Shown: one piece after another, positions 24,634 to 38,357 of the stretch
How the letters are laid out: each line of letters starts with the position of its first letter
Position numbering within the stretch: position 1 is the stretch's first letter
Source: Mobula birostris
Taxonomy: Eukaryota
Assembly: GCF_030028105.1 (NCBI RefSeq)
Contig: NC_092382.1
Location: 99,402,699-99,466,698, forward strand
DNA length: 64,000 nt
Reading direction: 5' to 3'
The notes under the pieces: generated by a model
Seen by the model: the letters and a program-made list of their open reading frames with translations, nothing else
What the model was told of the DNA's origin: nothing
Database searches by the model: none
Made by a program: the position numbers and the translations under genes

Positions 24634-25329
24634 CACACGGACGGTGTCTGGCAGTTCTTGTGTGTCACGCAGCAGCAACACTCCGCTGGCTTTCCTCGGG
24701 TGCGCCATTTTGTGTCAGACATCACAAAAAGACTAGCATTCACTTAGGATAGAAAACGGCTTTTCATGGCAAATGCCGCTCAATCAAGGGCAGTTTACTC
24801 CAGGGAGACCTGCACGCAGCGCTATTGGCTTTGATATCCACCTCATTATGGACTTGCTCACCTGCACTGGGCTTTCCCTGTCGCTTTGAAAGTTTATTGA
24901 AGTGCCTTATTTCACAGCAATGGGTACTGTAGTGAGTCGATCTGCAGAACAGGTGTTTAACTCTAAAGCGATACACGTGGCCTCAATGTACCGTGTAATG
25001 AACTGATGTCTGCCAATAAGCTTGTCACAGTATGTTAAAGAGCCAATGGCGATTTCTTCCAGAAATGTTCCGAGTTGATAGAGCACGTTGCGTGCGTTGA
25101 TATATTGATACTTAGGATATTGGCAAACATTTCATCTACCCCAGAACTGTTTGGTGCGATATACAACACTGCCATCGTAGACAGCAGCTTACCATCTGCC
25201 ATTTTCTTGCCTGGTTTGCTGGAGGACCCTCTCACAATATGGGAAAACCACAGCAGACCGCAGAGAGAGATGAAAATATCAAGAGGACAACAACAGATTG
25301 CTGTAAATCCTGGCAACAGGCAGAAAATG

Positions 25330-25780
25330 CTGGGGAAATTCAACAATCCCGGCGGCATCTCTGGAAAAGAGCACAGTCGTCATTTCTGGCCGAGAAACAC
25401 TTCGTCAGTGCCAGAGAAAGAAAAAGACAATGATGACGAGTAGATGAGGGGAGTGAGAGACAGAGTGATAGTGAAACTGGGAGCGGGACGCGTGATGGAA
25501 AGAGCTGGGAAGTTGATTGGTGACAAAGATACAAGGCTGAAGAAGGGGAATCTGATAGAAGAGGACAGAAGGCCATGGAAGAAAGAAAATGGGGGAGGAG
25601 GACCAGATGGAGGTGATGTGCAGGCAAGGAGAGACAGAAAGAGAAAAAAAGGCATGGGAGGTGTTCGAGGGATTAGCTGGAATTCGAGCAATCGATGTTC
25701 ATGCCATCAGTTTGGAGGCTACCCAGACGGAATACAAAGTGTGTTGCTCCATCAGTGTGAATATATCGCGACAGTGGAAA
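25330..25780 (-). mobile_element. Degenerate Penelope-type 3' fragment (paralog about 40290-40740)
   Basis: Purine-rich reverse complement of the pyrimidine-rich Penelope-type 3' region seen at about 13850-14200. Confidence 0.5.
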
Positions 25781-26409
25781 GGGCCTTAGATTGATGTCGG
25801 AATTGGAATGGTCGCAACACTAGAGGTCGCTGGAAGAATCCGGATCTCACAGGCGTCAACCATTTTAATTCCAATACATGATTAATTGACAACTAAACGG
25901 AAAGATGGAAAATCAATTTGCAAAAGAAGACAATCTGAGCAATTTAAAACAGAGCAAAGAAGTAGAAGACGAATTAAAAAGTACAGAAAGGTTTACTAGT
26001 AAATGATTTGTAGAAATCGTGAAAGTGGGGCATAGGGTTTGACATAGTTCAGTGTGGAGGTGATTCGGGAGCCCGAACCTCCGTGGATAACTTCAGTATC
26101 CTCAGCACTGAAGAGGACATGCTGGCGGTTACATCCGCATTGTTATGAGATTATGGCGAAGGGCGAGAACTTTGGGCATGGAAGTGATACATGGGTCAAT
26201 ACACCATAAATAAATAAATTGAAGCTCTATTGTAGATGCATCCTTGGTTCCCCAGGATCTAAGTGCCGATTATTTTAAACCGGATTTCCCGGGATATGTG
26301 CCATCCAACTGAGAATCATCCAAACGCATCTGCATTGCATGAACTCGTTTGGGTTCTTCTTGTTATTGTCTCAACAATGACAACCGCGTCAAAAGAGCTG
26401 TGCCGCTAC

Positions 26410-26422
26410 GGAAGTGACGTAA
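26410..26422 (+). promoter_or_regulatory. Family-B promoter ETS-CRE composite (also 38229, 41386)
   Basis: GGAAGTGACGTAA about 120 bp upstream of the ATG; contains AGTGACGTAA, close to the Vbeta decamer AGTGAYRTCA. Confidence 0.7.
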
Positions 26423-26539
26423 TTGTTAGACAGCCAACGGGAAGACAGGTCCTTTGTCAGACCACGGAGAGAGACTTCCCTGACATTTGATACTGAGCTT
26501 CATTCGACTCCACTCAGAGGAACTGTCCTCATCCTGTCA

Positions 26540-26822
26540 ATGATGGTCTGGGGGACACTTTGCCTCCCGCTGATTGTGGTGGCCATCCCGCGTAAGTTAA
26601 ACTCACGGGTCTGGGGGTAAGCGGGTGTCGAATGTCCTGTTTAGACTGACGTCGTCCAGCATCGAACGTGGTTAGGCTTGGTAGTATTATTCGCCAAAAG
26701 GGCAAAGGTTTGATGCATCCCTTTCAACTCATCAGCATAATGAAGAAATTTCATTGTCTGCGCACGTCTGTACTTCGTAGAGACCGTGTGCGTGCATCTT
26801 TGCTGTAACGGAGAGAAACACA

Positions 26823-26860
<38 letters not shown>

Positions 26861-27332
26861 TCAAAGTTAGGTCATTTGGCATATATTCGAGCATGTTCAT
26901 GGCGCGACGATGTTGTATCTCGCCGATTGCACATCGCACAACAGTGTCTTCCAGCGCACCAACCGCTCCTTCTAACTAACTTAACCCTTGTTGAACAATT
27001 GAGGGAAATTAAAATCGAATCGTATTTCTGTCTTGCAGGGATTCGCTCCGCGTATGTGGAGCAATCGCCGTCGTCCATGTCAATCGGTGTGGGACAGCCG
27101 TTCAGCGTCGTATGCACTGTGCTGAATACGCGCTATCAAGATCTGTATTGGTACAGACAGCTATCGGACCGGACAATAAATGCTCTCTTCTATTCTGTTG
27201 GACAAGGTTCGGTTACGAACTACACATCCGATTCCTACACGGCGACAAGACCCAGCAACACTCAGTTTAAACTGGAAGCGACACATGCATCCGCCTCCCA
27301 CTCCGCCGTCTACTACTGCGCCTGTAGTAGCG
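26540..27332 (+). CDS. TRBV: TCR beta-like V segment, family B, apparently functional
   Basis: Leader 26540-26591 (MMVWGTLCLPLIVVAIP), V exon 27039-27332 YVEQSPSS..LYWYRQ..LFYSVGQG..YYCACSS. RSS CACAGAG 27333-39, 23 bp, ACAAAAACC 27363-71. Confidence 0.9.
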
Positions 27333-27410
27333 CACAGAGCTTCAGATAACGAGTCTGCCACGACAAAAACCTTCAAGCCAATCGTAGAGAAGTTCAGTGG
27401 TCCTGTTGTA

Positions 27411-27424
27411 CCACTAGGTGGCAG
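27411..27424 (+). promoter_or_regulatory. RSS-adjacent CTCF-type motif
   Basis: CCACTAGGTGGCAG, 39 bp after the nonamer. Confidence 0.8.
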
Positions 27425-29246
27425 CAACGAACTGTGATCGTCTGCTCCCTTCTGTCACGAACGGATAACACTCGATTTTCGATTTCTATTCACGTGCCAA
27501 GAGGAGGCCACTCCCAAGCTAGAGGAACAGCCTCCTATATTCCGTCTAAAAACCCACCATCCTGATAGTATGTAAATCGATTGCTTCACCACCCCCATTC
27601 CCGACACAGACTTTTTACTTATTTACACCTATTACTTCTCCACGGCCCTTTGCTCCTTCCCTTTTCCCTTTTGTCCACTCTCCTCTTCTACCATATTCTT
27701 TCTTCGCCAGCGCTTAACCTTTCCCACCCAACTGTCTTCACCTATCACCTTTCAGCTGGCCTTTATTCCCTCCCGCAACTTTTAAATCAGGCATCTCCCT
27801 CTCCCTCTCAGTCGTGATGAAGGGACTCGGCCTGAAGTGTCCAATTCGTACTCTTCCATAGAGAGTAGTACCATACAGAGAGCGACAGCAGAAACTCCCT
27901 CCACCTATTCACCGAGAGGGCCAGCACGGTCATTACGCCTCTTGGCGGCGGCAATACTATATGTATCGTTGCTACTTGTCCCGCGCAAAAGTTATGCTGG
28001 TGTATATGTACAAGTTTGCTGTACGGATGTATCTGTACAAATGCGAGCACTTCGTGCAAACAACTATATATTCTACCCATATCTGATTAATGGGGAGATG
28101 TTATATTATGTTCTGTAAGTTTCGAGACCTGCTGTACCTAATACAGTAACCAGTCGGTGTATGTTCGTGGTCTATTGTGCATTCAGAGATGCTCTTCCGC
28201 ATACCTCTGTTGTAACAGATCGTTATTTTCACCCAGATAATTTCCACAAATATTTCTGTTTCCTACCATTCTCCGTAAACACTGGAAAACGTTTTAGGTG
28301 ATTTTTCCAGCGTTTCGGTAGTTTCTGAGATACCCAACCTCTCCTGGACTGGCACCAATAATCATTCTACGGTCAAAGTCACTAAGATCACACTGCTTCC
28401 TCATTCTGATGACCGGGCCGAACAGCAACAGAACCTCTGCAACATGCTGGCATGCTGGTCTGCAACGGGTTGCTGCAACACGTCTGGCTGTTGAGACATC
28501 TGCATCAACGAGTCGGTGTACAGCTATCGAATAAAGCGGTCTCTTCATCTGTGTAATATGAAGAGAATCGCTGATAGATGGGTCTGCAAGCCTGCAAACG
28601 ACACAACGATAAGCAGCATACTGTAAAGTAGTTTGTCAAATGACAGTGCGGGAGATTCTGTCGTTCTCGCACAGCTGTAGATAATAACATGGCCACTGAT
28701 GAAATGTTGCGGTTTTACCTCTGCTGACCTTCGCTGCATCTGCACTCTCCCCGTATTCTCTTCAGAGATGCGAGGTCAAAAATATTAAGCATTATTGCCT
28801 GTTTACGTTCCAACCAGGAACGGGAAAGGGTTATCCCACAGCTAATTACAACCATAACTTCAGCATGTGAGTTCAGGGATGGGGAGAAACATACAGATGC
28901 GTTTTGAATAATTNNNNNNNNNNNNNNNNNNNNNNNNNNNNNNNNNNNNNNNNNNNNNNNNNNNNNNNNNNNNNNNNNNNNNNNNNNNNNNNNNNNNNNN
29001 NNNNNNNNNNNNNNNNNNNNNNNNNNNNNNNNNNNNNNNNNNNNNNNNNNNNNNNNNNNNNNTCCTCAATAAAGCGACGCTGCAGATTCTGCGACCTCCA
29101 CTCTCCTCCGCCTTTCGAATGACGACAGGAAGCGAATGACGTCATGTGGCCGTAATGCGCCAACAATTATATCTGGCAATTTAGTTCTTCTGCAGGCTGA
29201 TCTTGAACGGCACTCCACCCAAAAGCCCACCAGTATCCATTCTGTG

Positions 29247-29697
29247 AATGATGGTGCGAGGAAAATATTGTCTTCCGCTGATTGTGGCATTTATCCAGCG
29301 TAAGTCAGGATAACAATGGTTCTGGGGAAGGTAACTCAGGTTCAGAGAATGGCCTGCCATTTGTTGAGAGAAATTATGCTCTAATGGAATTTCTCCCTTG
29401 CAGGGATTCTGGCCGTGGACGTGGAGCAGTCGCCCCCTTCCCTGTCAGTTGGATTGGGAGAGTCAAGAACCGTCCAATGCACGCTGCTGAATTTGGACTA
29501 TGATTATATGTATTGGTACAGACAGCGACCGGACGGGGCAATCGAAGCTCTTTTCCGTTCTGTTGGGAAAGATTTCGTCGACAGTTACACGTCGGAATCC
29601 TACGCGGCAAGAAGACCCAACAGCACTTTCTTTCAACTGGAAGTAAAGAACGCCTCGTACTCTCACTCGGCCGTCTATTTCTGCGCCTGTAGTAGCG
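29247..29697 (+). CDS. TRBV: TCR beta-like V segment, family C, apparently functional
   Basis: Perfect CRE TGACGTCA at 29137-44. Leader 29247-29298, V exon 29404-29697 intact. RSS CACAGAG 29698-704, 23 bp, ACAAAAACT 29728-36. Confidence 0.9.
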
Positions 29698-29778
29698 CAC
29701 AGAGGTTGAGAAGTCGTGCCGCCTCTGACAAAAACTGTTCTGCACAATCGCTGAAGGCTCAGAACCGGTTATTACCCA

Positions 29779-29792
29779 CCAGTAGGGGTCGC
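29779..29792 (+). promoter_or_regulatory. RSS-adjacent CTCF-type motif
   Basis: CCAGTAGGGGTCGC, 42 bp after the nonamer. Confidence 0.65.
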
Positions 29793-31241
29793 TGCACATT
29801 GAGCTTCACTGTCCGGGTCGCGTCCAGCATAACACTGCAATTGCATTTTGATTCCTCCCATCCGCACAACCCAATACCTAATATCAGGAATTCAGATCCG
29901 GAGGAAAAGGCAAGGTTGCCTGAAGTAATTCAGAAACACTTCACACAAAAGAAAAACAATGACCGCCCCGAATGTCTTACGAGGCTAAAGGAATTTGGCA
30001 AGTCCCCTTTGAACCACAGAAAAATTTACAACTGAAATCCTTAAATTATTTGCAGGGATGGCGTTCAAAGCGATCTTCATTTTGGCTTCTGGCGATAATA
30101 ACAAATTTATGTTGTGTTTGTATAAATAACTTATTGGTAGATTAATCATTAGCTTAAACCCTCCTGAACACCTTCAGCAAAACTGGCAGAAAGAGAATTT
30201 GTTCACCCTCGCGCTCATATGTAGCCCGTCCCTGTGGTACAGGACGCACCTTCCCCAGAACAGATACCAGTGAGGTTTCAACCCATAAACGGAAACTAAA
30301 ATTGCAGTTATATAATAGAATGGTAGAGAGATCGATCGATACATAGACGCATACAGATATACACAGATGGATGGATAGATAGATAGATAGATAGATAGAT
30401 AGGGTAGGGAGGGGGAGACAGACNNNNNNNNNNNNNNNNNNNNNNNNNNNNNNNNNNNNNNNNNNNNNNNNNNNNNNNNNNNNNNNNNNNNNNNNNNNNN
30501 NNNNNNNNNNNNNNNNNNNNNNNNNNNNNNNNNNNNNNNNNNNNNNNNNNNNNNNNNNNNNNNNNNNNNNNNNNNNNNNNNNNNNNGGAAACTCATAATT
30601 CTGTTTTTTTTCGCTCTTCTTCTGGTTTTTGATTTGAAATGATGCTCAGGAAGTGACGCAGCCGTCCACTGGACTGTAGCATAGCCGCAGTGCAAACAGA
30701 AAACGCAATGTGCTTCTCCTGAATGCTGGCATTCTGCTATACGTGATGCCAAGGCGTTTGGTGTCTCTCTGGGGCGGATGTTGGCATGTGGGAGACATTG
30801 AATGCTGTTGATCCCAAGTAATTCAAAGTATCATAGAACCATGGAGAGGGCTGGTGTTCTTGGCGGAGTTTCGTAGCGCGACGTTGGCCGTGGTTTATCT
30901 TGATAAAGGTTGGGAAATTCGAATCCTCCTTTATTACTCATGTCCCTCAACTGCAAGATCAGACCATGAATGTGGACGGCCGTCCCTCTCCCCTTTCTGT
31001 TTGGTCTTTGAAATGATATATCTTCTCTGGAAGACGGGATTAAACTTGGAAGATGCATTTGCATGTTTATCGGAGGTACAGTAAAGTGGGTTGACGAACG
31101 GATCCTAAGCACTGATCAAGTTCGACTAAGTTGTCAGATATCCCCGTGTAATTATTCATTCTGCTCTCAGTTTGTCTAACTTGACCTACGGCACGTTTCG
31201 TTACTATGGCGTTTTTCACGTGCTGTTCATGAGTCCAATGG

Positions 31242-31706
31242 ATGATATCTCGTTGGGTTTTCCTAAGGATGGCCGGTAATTTTTATGGGCACGTGTTCTT
31301 TCTCCCTGACTTTGCAGAATACCTGGTCTATTATTGACAGAAAGTAAGAGTCTAATAGATTTTCCACCTTGCAGGCGTTCTGGCCGTGTACGTGGAACAT
31401 GTGCCTCCCTCCTTGTCAACTGGAGTTGGCGAGTCAGTCAACGTCACATCACGCTGTTCAATACTGACGGTAGGAATATGTTTTGGTACAGACAGAGACA
31501 CGGCTGGGCAACAGAAGCTCTTATCTTCTGCGCTGGGCAAGGCATCGACACGAAGTCCACAACCGAGTCCTACACGGCCACGAGAACGAGCAGCACACTG
31601 TTCAAACTGGAAGTGAAAGGCGTCTCGCCCTTCCACTTCGATGTCTTCTTCTGCACTGGTATCAGCGCACAGAGCTAGACCAGCCGAATCTGGTGTGACA
31701 TAAACC
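31242..31706 (+). pseudogene. Family-D V pseudogene
   Basis: Leader 31242-31275 (MISRWVFLRMA), exon from 31375, first Cys codon reduced to TC (-1 frameshift). RSS CACAGAG 31668-74, 23 bp, ACATAAACC. Confidence 0.85.
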
Positions 31707-31745
31707 TTCTGCCCTATTACTGGGAGATTCATAAGCAGATTCTCA

Positions 31746-31759
31746 CCACTAGGGGGCAG
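31746..31759 (+). promoter_or_regulatory. RSS-adjacent CTCF-type motif
   Basis: CCACTAGGGGGCAG, 39 bp after the nonamer. Confidence 0.8.
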
Positions 31760-33153
31760 TAGCAGATTGCGTTTCTCAACTCATTTTATATCTGGCATAG
31801 GATCCATTTTACTCTGGTCCGGTATTGCTTAGCTCTGAGGCACAGGACCGTGCCTCTTATACACCTTTCCCTGCACTGCACGACTTCGCGTGTTTCAGCT
31901 TTCTTTGATTTTGTCTGATCCATTGATAATCACATAGGACCAAAGTGAAGGCTGAGTCACAGGTAGACTGTGCAACGTGGGAAACATTTGACAACATCGA
32001 CTTCATCCATCGGAGCCTTTATAGAGCTGGGATGTGTTACGGGCGAGCAGAACCAGAACGAAAGTGGAGTTCAATGATTAACCTTTTTTATTCAGTCATT
32101 TTGGATTATCTATCTGCCTATCTAACTGTACATCTATCTATCTATCTGTCTATCTGTCTAACTGTCTATCTGTCTATCAATCAATCTATCTATCTATCTA
32201 CCTATCTCACTGTCTATCGATCTATCTATACAGACAGAATCGTGATGGTCGCTGACGTTCCATGTAGATGGGACAAATAAAGTAAATCATCGATCATAAC
32301 TTGCGAAATGAGATCTGTTAATTCTGACATAAATACTCAGATACATATCAAGATAAATACATCAAGATGTACGCCGATAAGAAAGTTATGGAGTTCTGAG
32401 AAGTGTGATCACTGGTNNNNNNNNNNNNNNNNNNNNNNNNNNNNNNNNNNNNNNNNNNNNNNNNNNNNNNNNNNNNNNNNNNNNNNNNNNNNNNNNNNNN
32501 NNNNNNNNNNNNNNNNNNNNNNNNNNNNNNNNNNNNNNNNNNNNNNNNNNNNNNNNNNNNNNNNNNNCCCGGGCCAACAGCTTCGAACCGGCACTCTGCT
32601 CTCTCTGTACTAATCATCACTCGGAGCACTTTTTCAATGGTTAACAGCGGAATACGGGAATCTCCGTTGGCCAGTTCATCGGTTCCTTCTTCGCCCATCT
32701 CCAAGCACCTGTCAGGAACAATAAACTGCCTACTTCTGCTTCCCGTGATCCGTTCGATTTCAACGTTTCCTTCCATATTGAAATCCACCGTGGCCAGCAT
32801 AGGAAGGAAGAGAGAGTTGGAGGGGGGGGGGGGAGGGAGAGAGAGAGAGTGAGAGAGAGAGAGAGAGAGCAAGAAAGAAAGCTTCGGAAGAAGGGAATGC
32901 ACGGAGACAATCAACACTTGTCTATCGATGGGAGACGGATATGCTAAGTCAAGAAGGGAGAATGATAATACGGCAAAGTATAACTCCGCCTGCCTCGATT
33001 CTGATTGGCCAAAAGAAGTAGTGGGCGTGGCCATCTGTATCACCAATGACCATTTAGGTCACTGAGTTACGCGACAAGCGGGACTGAAGTGAGTGGATTC
33101 ATTGCTACTGGACACATCACTTTCACTTGGGACGGAATAAACCTCCGGGGGAG

Positions 33154-33749
33154 ATGTTCCTGTTTCTCCAACTGATCGTCTCCTTCCACTGTGAGGGAAA
33201 AAAAAATTGCTTATAGTTTTTCCTCTCTTTTCCCTAGGGTATTGCTCGCTTCCTCCCGTTCTGTGCCTTTTCTGTCTCAATCTGCGCTTTTCTCCGCCCA
33301 TTTCCATCCTCACTCTGATCTTCCTTCGTCGGAACCTCTCCATACCGACCGCCGCCCGAAAGTACCCCAGCTTCAATCGTCCCCGTTCTCTACCCTGTGG
33401 TTCTCGCCGTCCGCATACTCACCTCTTTTCACTCCCACTCTCTTCTTCAGATGTGACCCCGGTGACGATCCAGCAGATCCCAGCTTTCTCCGGTCCTATT
33501 GGCCGGGCTGTGACGCTGAACTGTACTGTCGAGGGGAGTAGCAACACGGCTGATACGATGCTCTGGTACAGACAACACCCGGGACAGGGGCTCGAGAACT
33601 TGTTCTACTCTACATATGCCGGTAACGTGCAACCAAAGGGGCCGCTGTATGGCTTTACTGCAGAAAGACCGAGCAGCTACATCTTCAGGCTGAGCTCCGT
33701 CGCCTTGGAGGCGAATTCGTCAGCCGTGTACTTCTGTGCCTGGAGTGAT
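33154..33749 (+). CDS. TRBV: TCR beta-like V segment, family E, apparently functional
   Basis: Leader 33154-33190, V exon 33451-33749 intact (..AVYFCAWSD). RSS CACAGCG 33750-56, 23 bp, ACAAAAACC 33780-88. Confidence 0.9.
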
Positions 33750-34989
33750 CACAGCGACTGAGTCAGACGGAGGAGCTGAACAAAAACCTCACCGTCTTGA
33801 TGTCAATCGAAGCGCGGGTGTGAGCCCGTCCGACAGATGGCGCTGCAATGTTGCCGCTGAGAGAAATAACAGGTCGACGATATCGCACCTGCTCTTGTCA
33901 TGTCGTTCTCTTGATTGGCATTCAAATGGTGGGGACGATTCTGCACAGATATTTGTGCACCCGTTCTGTGTGTTTTTTTTTCGCTGAAAGCTACCGTCGG
34001 ATGATCAGACTATATAGACACTACCTCCAAAGAAATTCCCCATTCTTAGATCCTCCGCACTTAATCCACCACATCCATTGTTCGAAACACAAAATGCTCG
34101 GACATTTAGTGTGTGGAGGAACAGCAGGACCTGGGTGTACAACGGTAGGAGGCACACTGCGAACGGTCTGAAATGATCAGGAACAGTGGGTGTTCGTCCA
34201 GAAGGTCACGACACGCACCGGGAATGGGGTGCAACGATGAAAAAGCAGTCGGCTCTCGGTGTACAAGGACAGGACACAAACAGTAAATGGTGTGAAGATC
34301 TGACGAGCAGCGGACCGTTGGTGTACCAGGGAAGGATTCACTGTGAATGTTGGAACCTCGGTTTTCAAGGGTAGGACACACACAGAGAATGATGTGAAGT
34401 TTTGAGGAACAGGGAACTTCGGTGAACTGCCCTTTCCACGCTCAGTTGTTTGGGATGTCGGGGTCCTCAGGAATGGAATTATTTGATGCGCAACAGAAGA
34501 CAGTTGTCAGCAAGAGAACGGGTGAGCTGACCGCCATCTAAGGGGCGGCTTTCACTCAGACGGCGAGGTGTTGTTATTCCTCAGAGTACATCGCGCAGGC
34601 GTTGTTCTTTCGTTCTTCCCTAAGCATTCAAATGAGAGAAATTCTGCGGCGCAAGGAACTTCACAGCCGGTTCTTCGTTACATGACCGCGTTGATCGTAA
34701 CTTCCCAGTGAACCCAACTGGATTGAGATTTCCAACTCCCTGCTGTCTCCCTACACCTACCTCCCGCCCATTCGTCCCGTTGCCCGTCATTGGAGGGTTC
34801 TTTCTCACTGCGCCGGAGGGAGGCCAATCTCTCGAATGAGGCAGGCTCATAGAAGGGGCGTGGCTGATTGCTACTTCCGCAAAACTCCCTACGTCACTGG
34901 GATACGTAACAAACGGGGTCGAAGTGAATGAATTCGCCTCCGCCGCCCGCACCACTTTCATCACTGAGAGAGTAAACCCTCCAAGGAAG

Positions 34990-35625
34990 ATGTTCCTGTT
35001 TCTGCAATTCATCCTCGCCTTCCGCTGTGAGTGAAATTTCAAAAATATTATTTCTTCTCCCATTGCTTCCTTTCACATTCCCTTCACTCGCTTTGCCCTC
35101 GGGTAGTCTCGGACTCATTCCTTATTAATTTACTAGCCCTCCCGTCCGCAACTCTCTTCCCTCTGCCGCCGGCTTCAAATTTAAAACACCTTTGAAGATT
35201 ACACGACTGCAATCCCCCTCCTACCTTCCCTCAATGTACCCTCCTTCTGACCTTCACCAGTGATCCGGTGATCCGGTTCTCCGTGTCCATTCACACCGTT
35301 CTGCCACCCTCGTCTCTTTTTTCCAGGCGCGACCTCGGTGACGATCCACCAGACTCCAGGTTTCTCCGGAACTGCCGGCCAGAAGGTGACCCTGCGTTGC
35401 ACAGTAGAGGGTAGTACCAGTGGTGCTAACTACTTGTACTGGTACCGACAAGACCCGGGAAAGTGTCCGGAGTACATGTTTTACTCGAGCACAGTTAATT
35501 CCGTGTACCCAGAGGGATTGGTCGACGGTTTTACGGCGGAGAGACCGCAGACCAACGAGTTCTTCCTGAAGTCCGACAAAGTGGAGGCAAATTCGTCGGC
35601 CGTGTATTTCTTCGCCTGGAAAGAT
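34990..35625 (+). CDS. TRBV: Family-A V segment, open frame but second canonical Cys replaced by Phe
   Basis: Leader 34990-35026, V exon 35327-35625 ending AVYFFAWKD, extra Cys in GKCPEY. RSS CACGGCG 35626-32, 23 bp, ACAAAAACT. Confidence 0.75.
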
Positions 35626-36019
35626 CACGGCGGCTCAGAGTGACGGGGAAGCTGTACAAAAACTCTCAGTGTCAAAAGTGTCGCTGTTGTCAGCAAAACA
35701 GGAAACACGCCTCCTGTCAATCACATCGTGGGTGGTAGGTCTCTCATTCAGTCGTGTGTGCCGTGGCGTTTAATCAGTGAAATAAGGGGCGATATCATTG
35801 CACCGCAGCTATTAATTTCCTCCTCTTCCGAAACATCCATTTGGCTGAAGAGAATCCACACACTCACCATTCTTTCTTATGTGCGGTCTTCCCACACATC
35901 ATCAGTCTCGGAAATTTCAATGTGCTCATAGTATCAGAAACTTTGAGTGCGCCAACAATGTTCAGTCTCTACGATACTCATTGACATAGTCTATTGATCC
36001 CGGGGGAAATTGATTTTCG

Positions 36020-36720
36020 TTATAGTTTCACCATAAATAATTAAATAGTAATGAAACCATAAATAATTAAATAGTAATATGTAAATTATGCCAGAAAATA
36101 AGTCCAGGGCTAGCCTATTGGCTCAGGCTGCCTGACCCTCCAAGGGAGGAGTTGTAAAGTTTGATGGCCAGAGGCAGGAATGACTTCCTGTGACGCTCTG
36201 TGTTGCATCTCTGTGGAATGAGTCTCTGGCTGAATGTACTCCTGTGCCCACCCAGTCCATTATGTAGTGGATGGGAGACATTATCCAAGATGGCATGCAA
36301 CTTGGACACCAACCTCTTTTCAGACATCACCGTCAGAGAGTCCAGTTCCATCGACACAACATCACTGGCCTTACGAATGAGTTTGCTGATTCTGTTGGTG
36401 TCTGCTACCCTCAGCCTGCTGCCCCAGCACACAACAGCGAACATGATCGCACTGGCCACCACAGACTCGTAGAACATCCTCAGCATCGTCCGGCAGATGT
36501 TAAAGGACCTCAGTCTCCTCAGGAAATAGAGAGGGTTCTGACCCTTCTTGTAGACAGCCTCAGTATTCTTTGACCATTCCAGTTGATTGTCAATTCGTAT
36601 CCCCACGTATTTGTAACCCTCCAGCAAGTCCACACTGACCCCCTGGATGGAAACAGGGGTCACCGTTGCCTTAGCTCTCCTCAGGTCTACCACCAGCTTG
36701 TTAGTGTTTTTTCACATTAC
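36020..36720 (-). mobile_element. 3' fragment of a non-LTR retrotransposon (DUF1891-type RT C-terminus); related copy about 53700-54175
   Basis: ORF 36115..36693 (-): YKYVGIRIDNQLEWSKNTEAVYKKGQNPLYFLRRLRSFNIC...RCNTERHRKSFLP. Confidence 0.8.
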
Positions 36721-38357
36721 GCTGCAAATAATTCTACTCACAATATGTGACAAAGTTTCCTGTACTCAGCCTCAACTCCCTTGCTGATGCATCCAACTAT
36801 GGCAGAGTCATCAGAAAACTTCTGAAGATGACAGGTCTCTGTGCAGTAGTTGAAGTCCGAGGTGTAATTCGCTGCCAAAGTCGGGCAGTAGTTTCAAGAG
36901 ACTTTTCTCTCATAACTGCACACTATTTCGGACTCATTTTCAAGGATTGTAAAACTTATGCATATTGATTGATTGATTGATTGATTATTGATACATCGCA
37001 CATTGTTTTTCATCGATTCTATTGTTTGCTTCATTGTGAATGCCGGGAAGAAAATGAATGCTCGGTAATACAGAGAACGATATCCGTAATTTGCAATAAA
37101 TTTACTTTGAAATTCGGACTTTAAGCGTCTGAGGAACTGACTGCAGGCGACAGCTCCATCCACTGTTTCCCGCAACAATTTTTTTTTAATTCAATCACAT
37201 TCCCAGTTTGTCAGCCGGCCAAGGAATTATGATTGATGAAGCCGTGTAGGGCGGGAAAAGCTGTTCGTTCGACGATGATGAGCCGACTCTTCAGCCTATT
37301 CCATGTTAAACCTTCCCTCTTTCATGGAGAAACAGTCAAAATTTTAAGCAACTAATCGGGGCTAATTGTGCAGAGAACTGCACACATTGGCTAGCCGAGG
37401 TCGTCCCGCATTCTGCGTGCGTTACCTGATTTTTTTTTCCAAACGCTCTCATCCACTAAAAGACAAACAAGTTAAAAATAAACTTCACACGGATTTAATA
37501 CCCCCCCCCCTCCACATCTCCAGACGGTGATCCAGCCAGTTACTGATGTTTTCGAGTGTCTTGGTTGACAGACCAAATCTCGTTGCACTGCTAATCAGAT
37601 ATGGACGGTGCCTTGCATTCTTTATAGCTGCATCAATATATTGCGTCACGGTTCGGTCCTCAGAGATATTGACAGCCAGGGACATGAAATTGCTCACTCT
37701 CTCCACTCCCGATCCCTCTGAGGGACTGGTTTGTGTTCCCTCGTCTTACCCTTCCTGAAGTCCACAGTCAGCTCTTTGGTCTTACTGACGTTGAGTTCCA
37801 GGTTGTTGGTGCGACACCACTCCACTAGATGTCGCTGTTGCGCGTCTATTCTTTCCCACCTGAAATTCTGCCAGCAATGGTTGTATCATCAGCAAATTTA
37901 CAGATGTTGTTTCAGCTCTGCCTGGCCGCACAGTCATGAGAGTAGACAGAGTAGAGCAGTGGGCTGAGCACACGGTCCTGTGAAGCGCCAGTGTTACTTG
38001 TCAGCGAAGTGGTGATGTCATTTCAATCCGTACAAACTGTGGTCGTCTGGTTAGAAGGTTGACGATCCACTCGCAGAGGGCAGAACAGAGGATTAATGTC
38101 TGAAGCCTTTCGATCTGGACTGGAGGGCTGATGGTATTAAACGATGAGCTACAATCAATAAGCACCATCCTGACAGAGGTATTTGCTTTGTCAATAATTT
38201 AAACCGCTCAATGGAGGTATGACGTTGCGGAAGTGACGTAATGGTCACGCAGCCAACGGGAAACAAGCCACTTTCACGGCCCACGCAGAGAGCTCCCCCG
38301 AGAGCTGACACTGCGCTTCATTCGATTCCACTCAGCGGAAATGTTCACATCCCGTAA

